Made by a program: the position numbers and the translations under genes. This document shows, piece by piece, positions 36,135-46,491 of a DNA stretch of 64,000 nucleotides. The stretch is from contig JBBFKZ010000001.1 in assembly GCA_037481775.1 (NCBI GenBank), positions 160,001 to 224,000 of the forward strand. The letters are read 5' to 3'. This DNA comes from Candidatus Bathyarchaeia archaeon. Lineage in GTDB: Archaea > Thermoproteota > Bathyarchaeia > Bathyarchaeales > Bathycorpusculaceae. The number at the start of each line of letters is the position of its first letter. Position 1 is the stretch's first letter. Under the pieces are notes generated by a model. That model saw nothing but the letters and a program-made list of their open reading frames with translations. It ran no database searches and was not told the origin of the DNA.

Positions 36135-37577
36135 ATGTCAGACATGGGAGTAACCGTTAAAAAAAGCGAAAACTTCTCAGAATGGTACACGGAGGTAGTT
36201 TTAAAATCAGGGCTAGCTGACTACGCCCCAATAAAGGGTTGCATGGTTTTCCGCGAGCTTTCCTACGCCATCTGGGAGAAAATCCAGGAAATTTTCAACA
36301 AGAAGATAAAGGCGACTGGCCACAAGAACGTTTATTTCCCCATGTTTATACCTGAGAGCTTTCTGAAGAAAGAGGCAGAGCACTTTGCAGGGTTTATTCC
36401 AGAAGTTGCTTGGGTAACCGAAGGTGGCGATTCACCATTAGAGGAGAGGCTCGCCGTAAGGCCGACTTCTGAAACGATAATTTACGCTACTTACGCGAAA
36501 TGGATTAGAAGCTGGCGAGACCTGCCAGTCAAGCTTAATCAATGGTGCAATGTTGTCAGATGGGAAACCAAGGCAACTAAGCCCTTCCTTAGAACCAGAG
36601 AATTCCTATGGCAAGAGGGGCACACTGCACATGCGACAAAAGCTGACTCAGATAAAGAAGTGATGGACATCCTAAACGATTACAAGGATTTAATGGAAAA
36701 CTACCTCGCAATCCCCGTGCTTATCGGCGTGAAAACCGACAAAGAAAAGTTCGCTGGCGCTCTTTACACGACAACGCTGGAAGCAATGATGCCTGATGGG
36801 AAAGCTTTACAGATGGGTACATCACATAATTTGGGACAAAATTTCGCCAAGGTTTTTGACATAAAATTCATAGGAGAAGATGAGAAGGAGCATCATGTTT
36901 GGCAAACCTCATGGGGCATATCCACACGGCTGATAGGCGCGCTTGTTATGGTTCACGGCGACGACAAGGGCTTAGTAATCCCTCCGAAAGTTGCGCCAAT
37001 ACACGTTGTCATAGTGCCTATACCGTACAAGGACGCGGACTCCACGGCGATATTGGCAAAAGCCAAAGAAATTCTGGCAAAACTCGAAGCGTGTGGCATA
37101 ACCGCAATTTTGGATGATAGAGAAGAATACACGCCTGGATGGAAATTCAACGAGTGGGAACTGAAGGGTGTGCCCATACGTATAGAGATAGGCCCAAGAG
37201 ATCTTAAGCAAAACCAGCTAACCATAGCGAGAAGAGACACCTGCCAGAAAACTGCAGTTAAGATGGAAGATGCCGTGCAAGCTGTAGAAAAGCTCCTTGA
37301 GGACATCCAAAGCAACTTGTACGCCAAAGCTAAAGCAGCCTTAATGGAAAAAACAACTACTGTGCGTAGCTATGATGATTTTCAGCGGACGCTCCGAGAG
37401 AAAGGCGGCTTCATCAAAGCGCCTTGGTGTGGTAGCAGCGACTGCGAAGAGAAGATCAAGGACGAAACAGGCGCCACAATTAGGCTGAAACCATTCGAAA
37501 AAGAGGCGCCCACAGCCAACTGCATTTGCTGCGGTGCAAAAGCTGTGGAAATGGTGTACTTCGCCAAATCCTATTAA
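36135..37577 (+). CDS. proS: Proline--tRNA ligase (archaeal/eukaryotic type)
   Basis: FSEWY, VRPTSET, PFLRTREFLWQEGHT, GTSHNLGQNF, SWGISTR and C-terminal zinc site ending AKSY. Confidence 0.97.
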   Translation: MSDMGVTVKKSENFSEWYTEVVLKSGLADYAPIKGCMVFRELSYAIWEKIQEIFNKKIKATGHKNVYFPMFIPESFLKKEAEHFAGFIPEVAWVTEGGDSPLEERLAVRPTSETIIYATYAKWIRSWRDLPVKLNQWCNVVRWETKATKPFLRTREFLWQEGHTAHATKADSDKEVMDILNDYKDLMENYLAIPVLIGVKTDKEKFAGALYTTTLEAMMPDGKALQMGTSHNLGQNFAKVFDIKFIGEDEKEHHVWQTSWGISTRLIGALVMVHGDDKGLVIPPKVAPIHVVIVPIPYKDADSTAILAKAKEILAKLEACGITAILDDREEYTPGWKFNEWELKGVPIRIEIGPRDLKQNQLTIARRDTCQKTAVKMEDAVQAVEKLLEDIQSNLYAKAKAALMEKTTTVRSYDDFQRTLREKGGFIKAPWCGSSDCEEKIKDETGATIRLKPFEKEAPTANCICCGAKAVEMVYFAKSY

Positions 37578-37592
37578 ACAGCATCTGCTTTA

Positions 37593-39425
37593 CTATTCAG
37601 CTATCTTGACGTACTTGCCAAGCTGCTTGGCCACATCATCTAACCCAAGCCTCTTCAATGTTGCTTTTCTCGGTATTCCCCGCTCATCCCAGCCTCTCTT
37701 CTGATAATACTTTTGTAGCATAATATTGTAATTTTCCAAGTCGAGTTTGGCACCTTTCAGGGGTCCTTTAGTTAACGGCTCTTTAAACCATCTTACAGGC
37801 GGCACGTCCATCTCACTTGACCAGCGGCTTCCATACTCGCGCACCCAAAAAGCTCGAATCAAATTCCATACGCGCTCGCCTATTTCATTTAGTCTGTTCC
37901 AAGTGAACTCCACGCCAGTGGCAACGCGGAGAAAACGAGTGTACCACTGCAGTTCTAACCCAAGCGAAATACTTGGGAACCGGCAAACTGTTAAAGATTC
38001 AAAAACTCCACCGCGCTGATGCTGCATCTCTATAATCTTGACAATTTTTTCTTCGCTATAGCTTCCGCGGTTAACTTTAACTTCCCAGGAAATCAGCCAT
38101 GCATCCTTATGATGCGCGCCAATTGCGCTGGTGCCGTAAGCCAACGCCATGCCGGGCGCAGCGTGGCAATTGTAGGCGGAGACTTCTAACCCCTTAACGT
38201 GCATTGCCCACTCGTTTGCGCCGTAACCTATTTTTGCAGCGGCAGCTTGTGCTCCTTCAGCGAGAACATCGCCTAGTCCGCGCCTATACGCTATGTCTTC
38301 AATTAGCTGTTTGGCTTCCGCATATTCTCCCCAGTTGAGCTTATCAGCGATTCGATGCTTCTCGGATGCTTCAATGGCAAAGCCCAACACGTTGCCAAGC
38401 GAAATCGAGTCTAGGCCCAGTTCGTCTGCCATGCGGTTTAAAGCCGCAACCTGTCTGAGGCTGCCTAATCCTATATTAGCACCGAGCATTGCCACGTTCT
38501 CGTAATCCAGCTCCGCTTCCCTTCTATGTGCGTCTCTGATAACATTGCCGCATGTCATGTTGCATTGGGGGCAGCCGCGGTTGGAAACCTTGATTTTCTC
38601 CATGGCGAAACCGCCTATCTTGTCTGCTTTATCAAAAACGGCTTCTTGGAAATTGAAGGTTGGTAGCACACTATTTTCTTGGCTCCACTCTATAGTTGAC
38701 ATTGTTCCCTGCCGTTTCCAAAAGGTGTAGAGAGGCAATGTTAACACTTCCCTGTAGCTTGCTGCACTAAGCTCTTTCATCTCTTTAGGATATGCAAGCG
38801 GCAGGCTGTCAAAACCTTCAAAAACGACTGCTTTCAGATTTTTGGAGCCCATAACTGCGCCCATTCCAGGTCTTCCACCCGAACGGCCTTCCTGAGCGAT
38901 GACGGTGGCAAACTTGACGAGGTTCTCCCCTGCTGGGCCAATAGATACAATGCCCGCGCTTTGTCCATAAATGTCCTTCAGCTGTGCCTCGGTTTCGAAT
39001 GTGCTTAAGCCCCAGAAATCTTTAGCGTCCACAAACTCGGCCGTTTTATCCTTAATATGAAGAATGATAGGTGTCTCTGCTTTTCCCTCAATAATAACGG
39101 CGTCGTAACCAGCTTTACGCATCTGAACCGCAGCGGTGCTCCCAATGTTTCCATCACCATAACCGCCTGTCAGAGGGCTCTTCGCTGCTACAACAAACTT
39201 ACCGCTGTTCGGTAAGCCTATCCCCGTCAATGGCCCAGCCGCAAAGACAAGCTTATTTTCCGGCGATAGTGGTTCGGTTCCAGGTTTTAGCCCGTCCCAC
39301 AGAATCTTGGCGGCGAAGCCTCTGCCGCCGAGAAAATTCAGGGCCATGTTCGCGTCATATGACTCTGCAACTGCCTTGTTCTTGCTTAGGTTAACTTGCA
39401 AGAAAACTCCATTCCACCCAAACAT
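37593..39425 (-). CDS. Aldehyde:ferredoxin oxidoreductase family (W/Mo-pterin)
   Basis: FLGGRG, KSPLTG, IGPAGEN, GMGAVMGSKNLKA, CPQCNMTC, DELGLD, YYQKRGWD. Probable ATG at 39425. Confidence 0.95.
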   Translation of the reverse strand: MFGWNGVFLQVNLSKNKAVAESYDANMALNFLGGRGFAAKILWDGLKPGTEPLSPENKLVFAAGPLTGIGLPNSGKFVVAAKSPLTGGYGDGNIGSTAAVQMRKAGYDAVIIEGKAETPIILHIKDKTAEFVDAKDFWGLSTFETEAQLKDIYGQSAGIVSIGPAGENLVKFATVIAQEGRSGGRPGMGAVMGSKNLKAVVFEGFDSLPLAYPKEMKELSAASYREVLTLPLYTFWKRQGTMSTIEWSQENSVLPTFNFQEAVFDKADKIGGFAMEKIKVSNRGCPQCNMTCGNVIRDAHRREAELDYENVAMLGANIGLGSLRQVAALNRMADELGLDSISLGNVLGFAIEASEKHRIADKLNWGEYAEAKQLIEDIAYRRGLGDVLAEGAQAAAAKIGYGANEWAMHVKGLEVSAYNCHAAPGMALAYGTSAIGAHHKDAWLISWEVKVNRGSYSEEKIVKIIEMQHQRGGVFESLTVCRFPSISLGLELQWYTRFLRVATGVEFTWNRLNEIGERVWNLIRAFWVREYGSRWSSEMDVPPVRWFKEPLTKGPLKGAKLDLENYNIMLQKYYQKRGWDERGIPRKATLKRLGLDDVAKQLGKYVKIAE

Positions 39426-39598
39426 GCGTATCACCGCGCGCGTGTGCCATATAATAAACGACGGAAATAAAAGTTTAATCAACCGTTACGAATACTGTCC
39501 TCTACAGAACACATGCATTTTCATTCGGGTTCCTCGGTTCTTCGGAAGCTTTATGTTTTGGAATAGCGCAAGTGTGAAGTTATGCAGGGGCTTTAACA

Positions 39599-40801
39599 GT
39601 GGTGCGCATAAAAATTACAGAACGAGCAAAATCTGTTGAATACGCAATACGTGACGTAGTAGTTAACGCCGGATCCTTAGCAACTACCGGTAGAAAAATT
39701 TTCTACCTAAACATAGGTGATCCTGTAGCGTTTGATTTTCCCACGCCTCCGCATATCAAACAAGCTCTTTGTGAGGCTGTCCAGTCTGAAAAGAACTATT
39801 ATGCGCCTTCAGAAGGGCTGCTTGAGCTGAGGCAGGCAATTGCTGAAAAAGAAAAAAAAGTCAATGGCGTAGACATAACTGCAGAAAATGTTCTAGTTAC
39901 CGCAGGAGTCTCAGAAGGAATCCGTATGGTTATATCGGCGCTGATAGAGAAAGGCGATGAAATTCTTGTTCCCGGACCCGCGTATCCGCCGTATATCTCC
40001 TATGCGAAGGCGTATTATGGAAAGCCAGTCACTTACGAAACAGTAGAGGAAGAAAACTGGCAGCCGAACATTGACGATTTGCGGAGGAAAATTTCGAAGA
40101 AGACACGGGCGATAGTGATAATCAATCCAAATAATCCCACAGGCGCGCTTTACAGGAGAAAGGTTGTCAAGCAAATATTAGACATAGCTGGCGAGCATGA
40201 TCTGCTGGTTTTGTCAGATGAAATTTACGATCAGATACGATACGTTGAAGAGTGCGAAAGCACCGCGCATTTAGCCAAAGACTTACCCGTAGTAGGCTTG
40301 AATGGCTTCTCAAAAGTGTACCTCATGACGGGCTGGCGGCTTGGCTACATATACTTCCATGAGCAAAACGGCGAGTTACAGGAGCTGAAGGAAAGCATAG
40401 AAAAAGAGCAGCGCATCCGAATCTGCGCTAATACCCCCGTCCAAGTTGCGGGAGTTGCCGCGCTGAAGGGCCCGCAGGATCATGTGAAAGATCTCGTTGA
40501 AAGGCTTAGAGTTAGACGAGACTACGCATGGAAGAGGCTGAATGAAATCGAAGGAATAAGCTGCGCGAAACCTGAGGGTGCCTTCTACGTGTTTCCGAAG
40601 ATTCACGGTGTCGGCGCAAGGTGGAAGACAGACATGGAGTTTGCCATCGAACTCTTAAAAGAAACAGGTGTTCTGCTAGTGCATGGTTCAGGCTTTGACC
40701 CCGCCTATGGCGCTGGGCATGTTCGAATGGTGTTCCTTCCTCCAATTGAGACGCTGGAGCAAGCCTTCAACGCGATAGAACGCTTCATGAAAAAGAAGTA
40801 G
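39599..40801 (+). CDS. Class I/II PLP aminotransferase (alanine aminotransferase-like)
   Basis: VEYAIRD, LNIGDP, INPNNPTG, SDEIY, GFSKVYLMTGWRLG, PEGAFY. Confidence 0.93.
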   Translation: MVRIKITERAKSVEYAIRDVVVNAGSLATTGRKIFYLNIGDPVAFDFPTPPHIKQALCEAVQSEKNYYAPSEGLLELRQAIAEKEKKVNGVDITAENVLVTAGVSEGIRMVISALIEKGDEILVPGPAYPPYISYAKAYYGKPVTYETVEEENWQPNIDDLRRKISKKTRAIVIINPNNPTGALYRRKVVKQILDIAGEHDLLVLSDEIYDQIRYVEECESTAHLAKDLPVVGLNGFSKVYLMTGWRLGYIYFHEQNGELQELKESIEKEQRIRICANTPVQVAGVAALKGPQDHVKDLVERLRVRRDYAWKRLNEIEGISCAKPEGAFYVFPKIHGVGARWKTDMEFAIELLKETGVLLVHGSGFDPAYGAGHVRMVFLPPIETLEQAFNAIERFMKKK

Positions 40802-40832
40802 CCCGAAAAGCCTCTAATGTCCTGCTTCGGGT

Positions 40833-41732
40833 TTATTGGTAAATTGGCACTCCCTCGGCGGGGTCGGCGATTGCCTTCTGGAAGGCATCCATCAGCCTTT
40901 TCGTAACTGGCCCGGGTTTTCCTTCGCCTATTTGCCGCTTGTTCACTTCCCTTATGGGCACAATCTCCGCTGCAGTGCCAGTGAAGAATGCCTCATCGGC
41001 GGTGAACAACTGGAAAGGCGTAATATTGCATTCGGTTACTTCGTATCCTAAGGTTCTGGCAAGCTTGATCACAAACTGCGCTGTGATGCCTGCTAATGCG
41101 CCTGTAGTGCTTGGCGGAGTAAAGATTTTCCCGTCCTTGACTATGAATAGGTTTTCACCTACTCCTTCGGCTATGACGCCGTTTTTGTCTAAGCAAATCG
41201 CTTCGTCAGCGCCACTTGCAGTAGCCTCTATTTTGCCCAGCACGCTGTTAAGGTAGTTTAGCGATTTTATCTCATGTGTGGAGGCGTCCACGGGGTTTCT
41301 TCTGACCCAGCTTATCATAGTGGAGATGCCCTTTTCTTTTGCTTCCTTCGACATTATGGAAATCGAGTCAGTTATGATAATCACAGAAGGCTTGGGGCAC
41401 TTCCGCGGATCCAAGCCAAGGTCACCTACTCCTCTAGTAACTACAAGGCGTATGTACGCGTCTCTCAGCTTATTTCTGCGCAGCGTTTCAACAACGGCTT
41501 GTATCATTTCCTCTTTTGTTAAAGGTATTTTGAGCATGATGGCATGGGCTGAGCGGTACAAGCGGTCAATGTGCTCTTTTAGTTTGAAGACGACGCCGTT
41601 GTAGGCGCGGATGCCTTCAAAAACTCCGTCGCCGTATAGTAGGCCGTGATCGTAGACAGAGATCTTGGCCTGAGATTTCGGATAGTATGCGCCGTCTATG
41701 TAGACTTGCAGCTCTTTTTCCATGGCTTTCAC
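40833..41732 (-). CDS. ilvE: Branched-chain amino acid aminotransferase
   Basis: DHGLLYGDGVFEGIR, YIRLVVTRG, KSLNY, LAGIT, ADEAFFTGTAAE. Confidence 0.96.
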   Translation of the reverse strand: MKAMEKELQVYIDGAYYPKSQAKISVYDHGLLYGDGVFEGIRAYNGVVFKLKEHIDRLYRSAHAIMLKIPLTKEEMIQAVVETLRRNKLRDAYIRLVVTRGVGDLGLDPRKCPKPSVIIITDSISIMSKEAKEKGISTMISWVRRNPVDASTHEIKSLNYLNSVLGKIEATASGADEAICLDKNGVIAEGVGENLFIVKDGKIFTPPSTTGALAGITAQFVIKLARTLGYEVTECNITPFQLFTADEAFFTGTAAEIVPIREVNKRQIGEGKPGPVTKRLMDAFQKAIADPAEGVPIYQ

Positions 41733-41803
41733 TTCGATATTGGCGCTTTTATTGTAAACATTGTTTGATATATTTTTTGGCCGTGATCTATATGCTTCAT
41801 ATA

Positions 41804-43681
41804 TCAGCCGTAGAATTGCGGTCTTTTGGAGAGTTGCATAGGCAAGGGCAACGGCTTAAACGGCTTGCCCTGCAGCTTATCGACGATTTTTGTTATCAAC
41901 TCGTCTAGCTTTAGAGTTTGCACTTTACCGTGGGCTTCTCGGTCTCGCACTGCGAGAACGCCTGATTCGAGTTCTCGTTGACCCACAACGATGATGTAGG
42001 GAACCCATTCCATCTCTGCCTCGCGGATTTTCTTCTGCAGCGTGAACGCTCTGTCGTCAATGTCTACGCGTATATTGTGCTCAGCCATTTTGCGCGCGAT
42101 TTCCTCAACTTTCTCTGTGAAGCTGTCTGAGATGGGTATTAACCGCACTTGTGTAGGCGCCAGCCACAGGGGCAGCATGGGCAGTTTGCCGCTTTGCTGC
42201 TCGCGATAGGCTTTTTCCAGCAATGCATAAACACATCTTTCGATGGCGCCGCTGGGTGAGCAGTGCAGAATCAGCGGATGCTGCTTTTGACCTTTCTCGT
42301 CAACGTAGGTTATCTCATATCTCTTCGCGTTTTCAACATCTATCTGATCGGTGGAAAGCGCTGCAGCCTTGTCCTGATTATCCACGAAGTTGGCGTCCCA
42401 TTTCAGCGTAAAGTAGAAGAAGCGTTCTGTCCACATTTCCACCAGCATGGGTTTGCCGAAGATTTTGGCCAAATCTGCAATGAAGTCCTTGTTTTCCTCG
42501 TAGAAGTCCTTTGTGAAGCGTATGGCAATTTCGTAATCCTCCTTTGACAAGCCGATGCTACTCAAAACGCTTATGCAAAGGTTAAAGCGCTTCTTAAACT
42601 CCTGCTTCGCCTGCTCCAAATCAGTGCAGAAAGCGTGGCAGTCTGGCATGGTGAATGCGCGTAGCCGCTTTAAGCCTACGACCTCGCCGCTTTTCTCGCG
42701 TCTGAAACTGTAGCGGGTTAATTCGTAAACTTTAAGCGGCATCTGCTTGTAAGAGAACTGTGCATCATGCATCATCAAAAACTGACCGAAGCAAGCGGCG
42801 AACCTTAGGAAGAGTTCCTTGTCCTCTGTTTTCAGCAGGTACTGACGCGCGGGAAAACGATTCAAGTAATTCGCCAAGCTGGGATGATTGAAATCGTACA
42901 TGACGGGTGTTTCCACTTCCATGGCGCCGTAGGCAATTATCTCTGAAGTCACAAACTGCTCAAGAAGAGATTTGATTAAACGCCCCTTTGGGTACCAGCG
43001 AATATTGCCGGGGTCACTGCCCTGTTCGTAATCAGCTATTTCCAACCGCTTCATCAAGGGCACATGCGGAGGCATCTGTTGGCTCGCGCGGACTTTTGAG
43101 ATTTCATATTTGGCGAACTTTTCAAGATTCACATGCCCCTTGAAGTTGAAATCTTCGACTGGCGTAAGCTGGCCATCGGGCTTAAGAATGTGCCAATAAG
43201 ACTTCAACTTCTCCTCAGCCTTTAACGCTTCAGAAACCTTTTCCTCCGGCTTGGCAGCGGTCTCAGCAGCTGAGGGCGCGTAGGAGCGGGCCTGCTCCGC
43301 CAGCGGATGCGCTTTGATGGAGATTGTGAACTGCTTATTCCATCCGAAAGGCGCGCGATAGGTTTCTATGCCCTTCTGCTTCGCGTAGGCTTCCATGGCC
43401 TTTATCACCTTTAGCGCTTCGGAAGGCTTGGACAGGTTGCTGCTTAAGTGCGCAAACGGGTAAATCAAGATTCGATTAACCTTAAGCTTCTCCAAGAAAA
43501 CCGCAACATCGTCTATGGCTTTCTTCGCTAAAGCTGCATCGTCGCCTTCTTCGATGGCGGTAAAGAGCACAACGACTTCCTCAATGCGGTTTTCTTCCCT
43601 GCTGGCTTCTTCAGCCATAGCTATTTCTTTCTCAATAGGCTTGAACACAATGAAGTTGGAATGTAACTGGAGTATCCGCAT
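41804..43681 (-). CDS. thrS: Threonine--tRNA ligase (archaeal, N-terminal editing domain)
   Basis: MRILQLH, YPFAHLSS, APFGW, HPLAE, LRFAACFG, RLRAFTMPDCH, LHCSPSGAIER. Confidence 0.97.
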   Translation of the reverse strand: MRILQLHSNFIVFKPIEKEIAMAEEASREENRIEEVVVLFTAIEEGDDAALAKKAIDDVAVFLEKLKVNRILIYPFAHLSSNLSKPSEALKVIKAMEAYAKQKGIETYRAPFGWNKQFTISIKAHPLAEQARSYAPSAAETAAKPEEKVSEALKAEEKLKSYWHILKPDGQLTPVEDFNFKGHVNLEKFAKYEISKVRASQQMPPHVPLMKRLEIADYEQGSDPGNIRWYPKGRLIKSLLEQFVTSEIIAYGAMEVETPVMYDFNHPSLANYLNRFPARQYLLKTEDKELFLRFAACFGQFLMMHDAQFSYKQMPLKVYELTRYSFRREKSGEVVGLKRLRAFTMPDCHAFCTDLEQAKQEFKKRFNLCISVLSSIGLSKEDYEIAIRFTKDFYEENKDFIADLAKIFGKPMLVEMWTERFFYFTLKWDANFVDNQDKAAALSTDQIDVENAKRYEITYVDEKGQKQHPLILHCSPSGAIERCVYALLEKAYREQQSGKLPMLPLWLAPTQVRLIPISDSFTEKVEEIARKMAEHNIRVDIDDRAFTLQKKIREAEMEWVPYIIVVGQRELESGVLAVRDREAHGKVQTLKLDELITKIVDKLQGKPFKPLPLPMQLSKRPQFYG

Positions 43682-43695
43682 GGGCTTGCTTTCTC

Positions 43696-43920
43696 CTAGG
43701 CGCTGAAACGCCACTTATCAATAGTTTTATCCTTTTTAGTCTTCTTCTTAAACTCCTTGTAATGCTCCCTGCAAAGATAAACACGTTTCTCGCTGCTGCT
43801 GACGTTCAAGCCAGCAGACTTGGCCTTCTGAGCGGAAAGCGAGCGGACAGCCTCCCCGCTGCAGCCAGACACGCTGCATTTGACTCCTTTGTCTATGCGT
43901 CCCACAGTTCTTGTCTCCAC
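43696..43920 (-). CDS. Small basic zinc-finger protein
   Basis: CSVSGC...YLCREHYKEFKK (C-x4-C...C-x2-H); lies immediately upstream of thrS. Confidence 0.7.
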   Translation of the reverse strand: METRTVGRIDKGVKCSVSGCSGEAVRSLSAQKAKSAGLNVSSSEKRVYLCREHYKEFKKKTKKDKTIDKWRFSA

Positions 43921-43945
43921 ACAGCTTTACGCACTACAATAGACA

Positions 43946-44872
43946 TCATTGCTTAATTCCTTTTTCATAAATGCCGCGTGCTCTCTCATAAATTTCCTCT
44001 TTCTCGCCGAAGAACGTCGGCCCCACGCCTTCAACGACCAGCGACGCTGCGGCGGCACCCACGCAAGCGCACCATACTGGGTCTTTCTGGTGGATGTACT
44101 CTGCTAAGAAGCCGCCTATGAACGTATCTCCTGCGCCTGTAGGGTCAATTGCCCTTCTGGAACGGCATGCTGGAATAGTATATTGCGCTCCGTTCTTGGA
44201 AAGCACAGCGCCTTTAGCGCCTAACGTAACAATGACTGTTTTAACGCCAAAGTCATGAACCGTTTTTATAGCTGATTTCAAGTCCGCACGCGCCGTCAAC
44301 GCGCTGATTTCATCCTGAGAAGATTTGTAGATGTCAACGAGGCTGAGCACATCAGGGTCCAATTGCGCCTGTAGCGTTACAGCGCCTGCCGCGTCGAAAC
44401 TGCGTAGTAAACCCTGTGGATCAAGGGATAAAATCTCCGCAGAAGCTCTTAACCGCTCCATCACCTCATATGAGACTTCGCCTGCGACCGGCGCGATGTG
44501 GACTGCTTTGGCGTACAGAAACCGCGGTAAATCGCATACATCCAGCGCAGAAGCTTTGCTTGTTAATTTCAGCATTCTGCCTGCCAAATCGCTGCTGTAT
44601 TCGAGTTTAAACCGTGTTGTCTGCTCCTCAGCGCGTTTCGTAACACTGGACAGATCTATGCCCTCGGCGCCAAGCCACCACATGTAAGCCTCTGGAAAAT
44701 CTCCGCCTACCTTCGAGATAACGGAAACCGCTGCACCTAGCTGTCTCGCGGCAAGCGAAACATATGCTGCGGCTCCGCCTAAAATGGTAAAAGGGCGACA
44801 GTGACTTGGCAGGTGAATGGTGTCTATAGTGAAATGCCCAACTACTGTAACGTCAGAAGCATGGAGTGCCAT
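43946..44872 (-). CDS. PfkB family carbohydrate/nucleoside kinase
   Basis: LGGAAAY, KVGGD, LDPQG, VTLGAKG, DPTGAGDTF. Confidence 0.92.
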   Translation of the reverse strand: MALHASDVTVVGHFTIDTIHLPSHCRPFTILGGAAAYVSLAARQLGAAVSVISKVGGDFPEAYMWWLGAEGIDLSSVTKRAEEQTTRFKLEYSSDLAGRMLKLTSKASALDVCDLPRFLYAKAVHIAPVAGEVSYEVMERLRASAEILSLDPQGLLRSFDAAGAVTLQAQLDPDVLSLVDIYKSSQDEISALTARADLKSAIKTVHDFGVKTVIVTLGAKGAVLSKNGAQYTIPACRSRRAIDPTGAGDTFIGGFLAEYIHQKDPVWCACVGAAAASLVVEGVGPTFFGEKEEIYERARGIYEKGIKQ

Positions 44873-45003
44873 CTAACCCCTCTTCTAGAAAACACGTATG
44901 GCGCATGTGCTATATAGGAATGCTTGAACCCAGAAGCGTATTTTTAGCCACGTTTACGCTGTGAGCCACAAGCGACGTGCCTTATGCGAAGCAGGATGAA
45001 AAA

Positions 45004-45381
45004 TTATGATTGAAGCAGCAATATTGCTTTCGCCAAGTCGCCTTCACATTCTTCCAGCGCTTTCCGAGCTTCTTCTATGCTTTTTCCCGTCTGGTCAGCC
45101 ACAAGCTTAACGTCTTCTTCAGACACAACGAACCCTGATGCACTGGCAACGGCACGTTCAGGCGCTTTTTCCGTGACTTTTCCGCCGATGATCTGAAAAA
45201 TTTTCTGCCCTTGCATCTCAAGAATCGCCACTTCAGGCTGCTCAATCGTTATCTCCTTGCTGCTTGTTTTTATGATAACCTGCTCCACATCTGGGACAGC
45301 GTCCATATTCATGCCCAAGCGCTGCATCATGCGTCTTGTCTCTCGAGGGCTCATACGTTTATGCATAGGAACCGCATCCAC
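45004..45381 (-). CDS. nac: Nascent polypeptide-associated complex protein
   Basis: SPRETRRMMQRLG, NAC barrel and UBA domain EEDVKLVADQT...GDLAKAI. Confidence 0.95.
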   Translation of the reverse strand: MDAVPMHKRMSPRETRRMMQRLGMNMDAVPDVEQVIIKTSSKEITIEQPEVAILEMQGQKIFQIIGGKVTEKAPERAVASASGFVVSEEDVKLVADQTGKSIEEARKALEECEGDLAKAILLLQS

Positions 45382-45410
45382 AAACTATTCTGCGGTAGCG
45401 CCTCATATAC

Positions 45411-45881
45411 TTAACTTTCCTTGGCGCTTCCATGCCTAACCTTCACGGCGACTCCTGTCTTAAACGCCCTCATCTCAGCGCTTGACAACAAAGCGCGGCC
45501 AACAGCCAAAACCCGATTATCCTCATCGACGACTATTACTTCGTCCTTGGCGTGGACAGCGTCATCCACCTTAACTACATGTGCTGCAAAAACGTCGCCG
45601 CCGTCGGCCACGAACTCGGAAACGTCTCTTCTTACAGTAACAAAGCAGCGGGCGAAAGCTGCGTTTTCAACAATTAATTTAGCTGCTGTTATGCTTAAGG
45701 ATAGCAAGCCGTCAGTGGGGCGGATAGTTGCGAGTCTCTTGCCATTTAAATTAACGTAGCGTATTCTGCCCGTGGCTTTCGAGTACATTACCTCAACGCT
45801 CTCCGGAAATAGTTTCGCGCCTACTCCTTTTCCGAACTGGTAATCCGCTATGCTTCTGAGCTGCTGTAACTCGTTGCGCAT
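45411..45881 (-). CDS. PUA-domain protein (archaeosine TGT C-terminal-like)
   Basis: LRSIADYQFG, TGRIR, DVFAAHV, DEVIVVDE, LAVGRA, GVAVKVR. Probable ATG at 45881. Confidence 0.85.
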   Translation of the reverse strand: MRNELQQLRSIADYQFGKGVGAKLFPESVEVMYSKATGRIRYVNLNGKRLATIRPTDGLLSLSITAAKLIVENAAFARCFVTVRRDVSEFVADGGDVFAAHVVKVDDAVHAKDEVIVVDEDNRVLAVGRALLSSAEMRAFKTGVAVKVRHGSAKES

Positions 45882-45960
45882 TTCTATTCGCCATTGCGCC
45901 ATTTTGTTTCGACAACTATAAACATCACCAAATAATAAAAACAGTATAGGTGAAGAACCA

Positions 45961-46491
45961 GTGCGATGCGAAGTCTGCGGCCGCAAAATTCACGGCACAC
46001 CAATCAATGCTGTAATCGAAGGCGCTAAGCTAATGGTGTGTGCTGAATGCTCAAAACACGGAAAAATAATCAGCGAAGAAGAGGCCGACTTAAGGCAACA
46101 GCAACTTAAAAAGCCTTCACCGGCCACGCCGCTGGTGCAGAAAAAGAAGGTCGCGCCGGCCTCAGTTGAAATCACTCAGGAGGTTGTGGAAGGCTATCAT
46201 GTCAAGATAAGGCAGGCGCGAGAGAAGCTGGGGCTTTCCCATGAGGAACTGGGCAAGAAGATAAATGAGAAGGCATCTGTTTTAAGCAAGATTGAAACTG
46301 GAAAAATGGCGCCTGACAACGTTCTAGCCGCCAAGCTTGAGCATGCCTTGAAAATCAAGCTGCTTGTTCCAGTCAAAGATGAGGTTGCGCCTACAATGCT
46401 AAAGGCACCGAACCGCGAGACAACTCTAGGCGACCTTATAGAGCTAAACAAGAAAAGCGCGGAGGAATCCACAGAACGAAAGCAATCATAG
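45961..46491 (+). CDS. mbf1: Multiprotein bridging factor aMBF1
   Basis: CEVCG...VCAECSKHG zinc ribbon, IRQAREKLGLSHEELG HTH and TTLGD motif. Confidence 0.93.
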   Translation: MRCEVCGRKIHGTPINAVIEGAKLMVCAECSKHGKIISEEEADLRQQQLKKPSPATPLVQKKKVAPASVEITQEVVEGYHVKIRQAREKLGLSHEELGKKINEKASVLSKIETGKMAPDNVLAAKLEHALKIKLLVPVKDEVAPTMLKAPNRETTLGDLIELNKKSAEESTERKQS

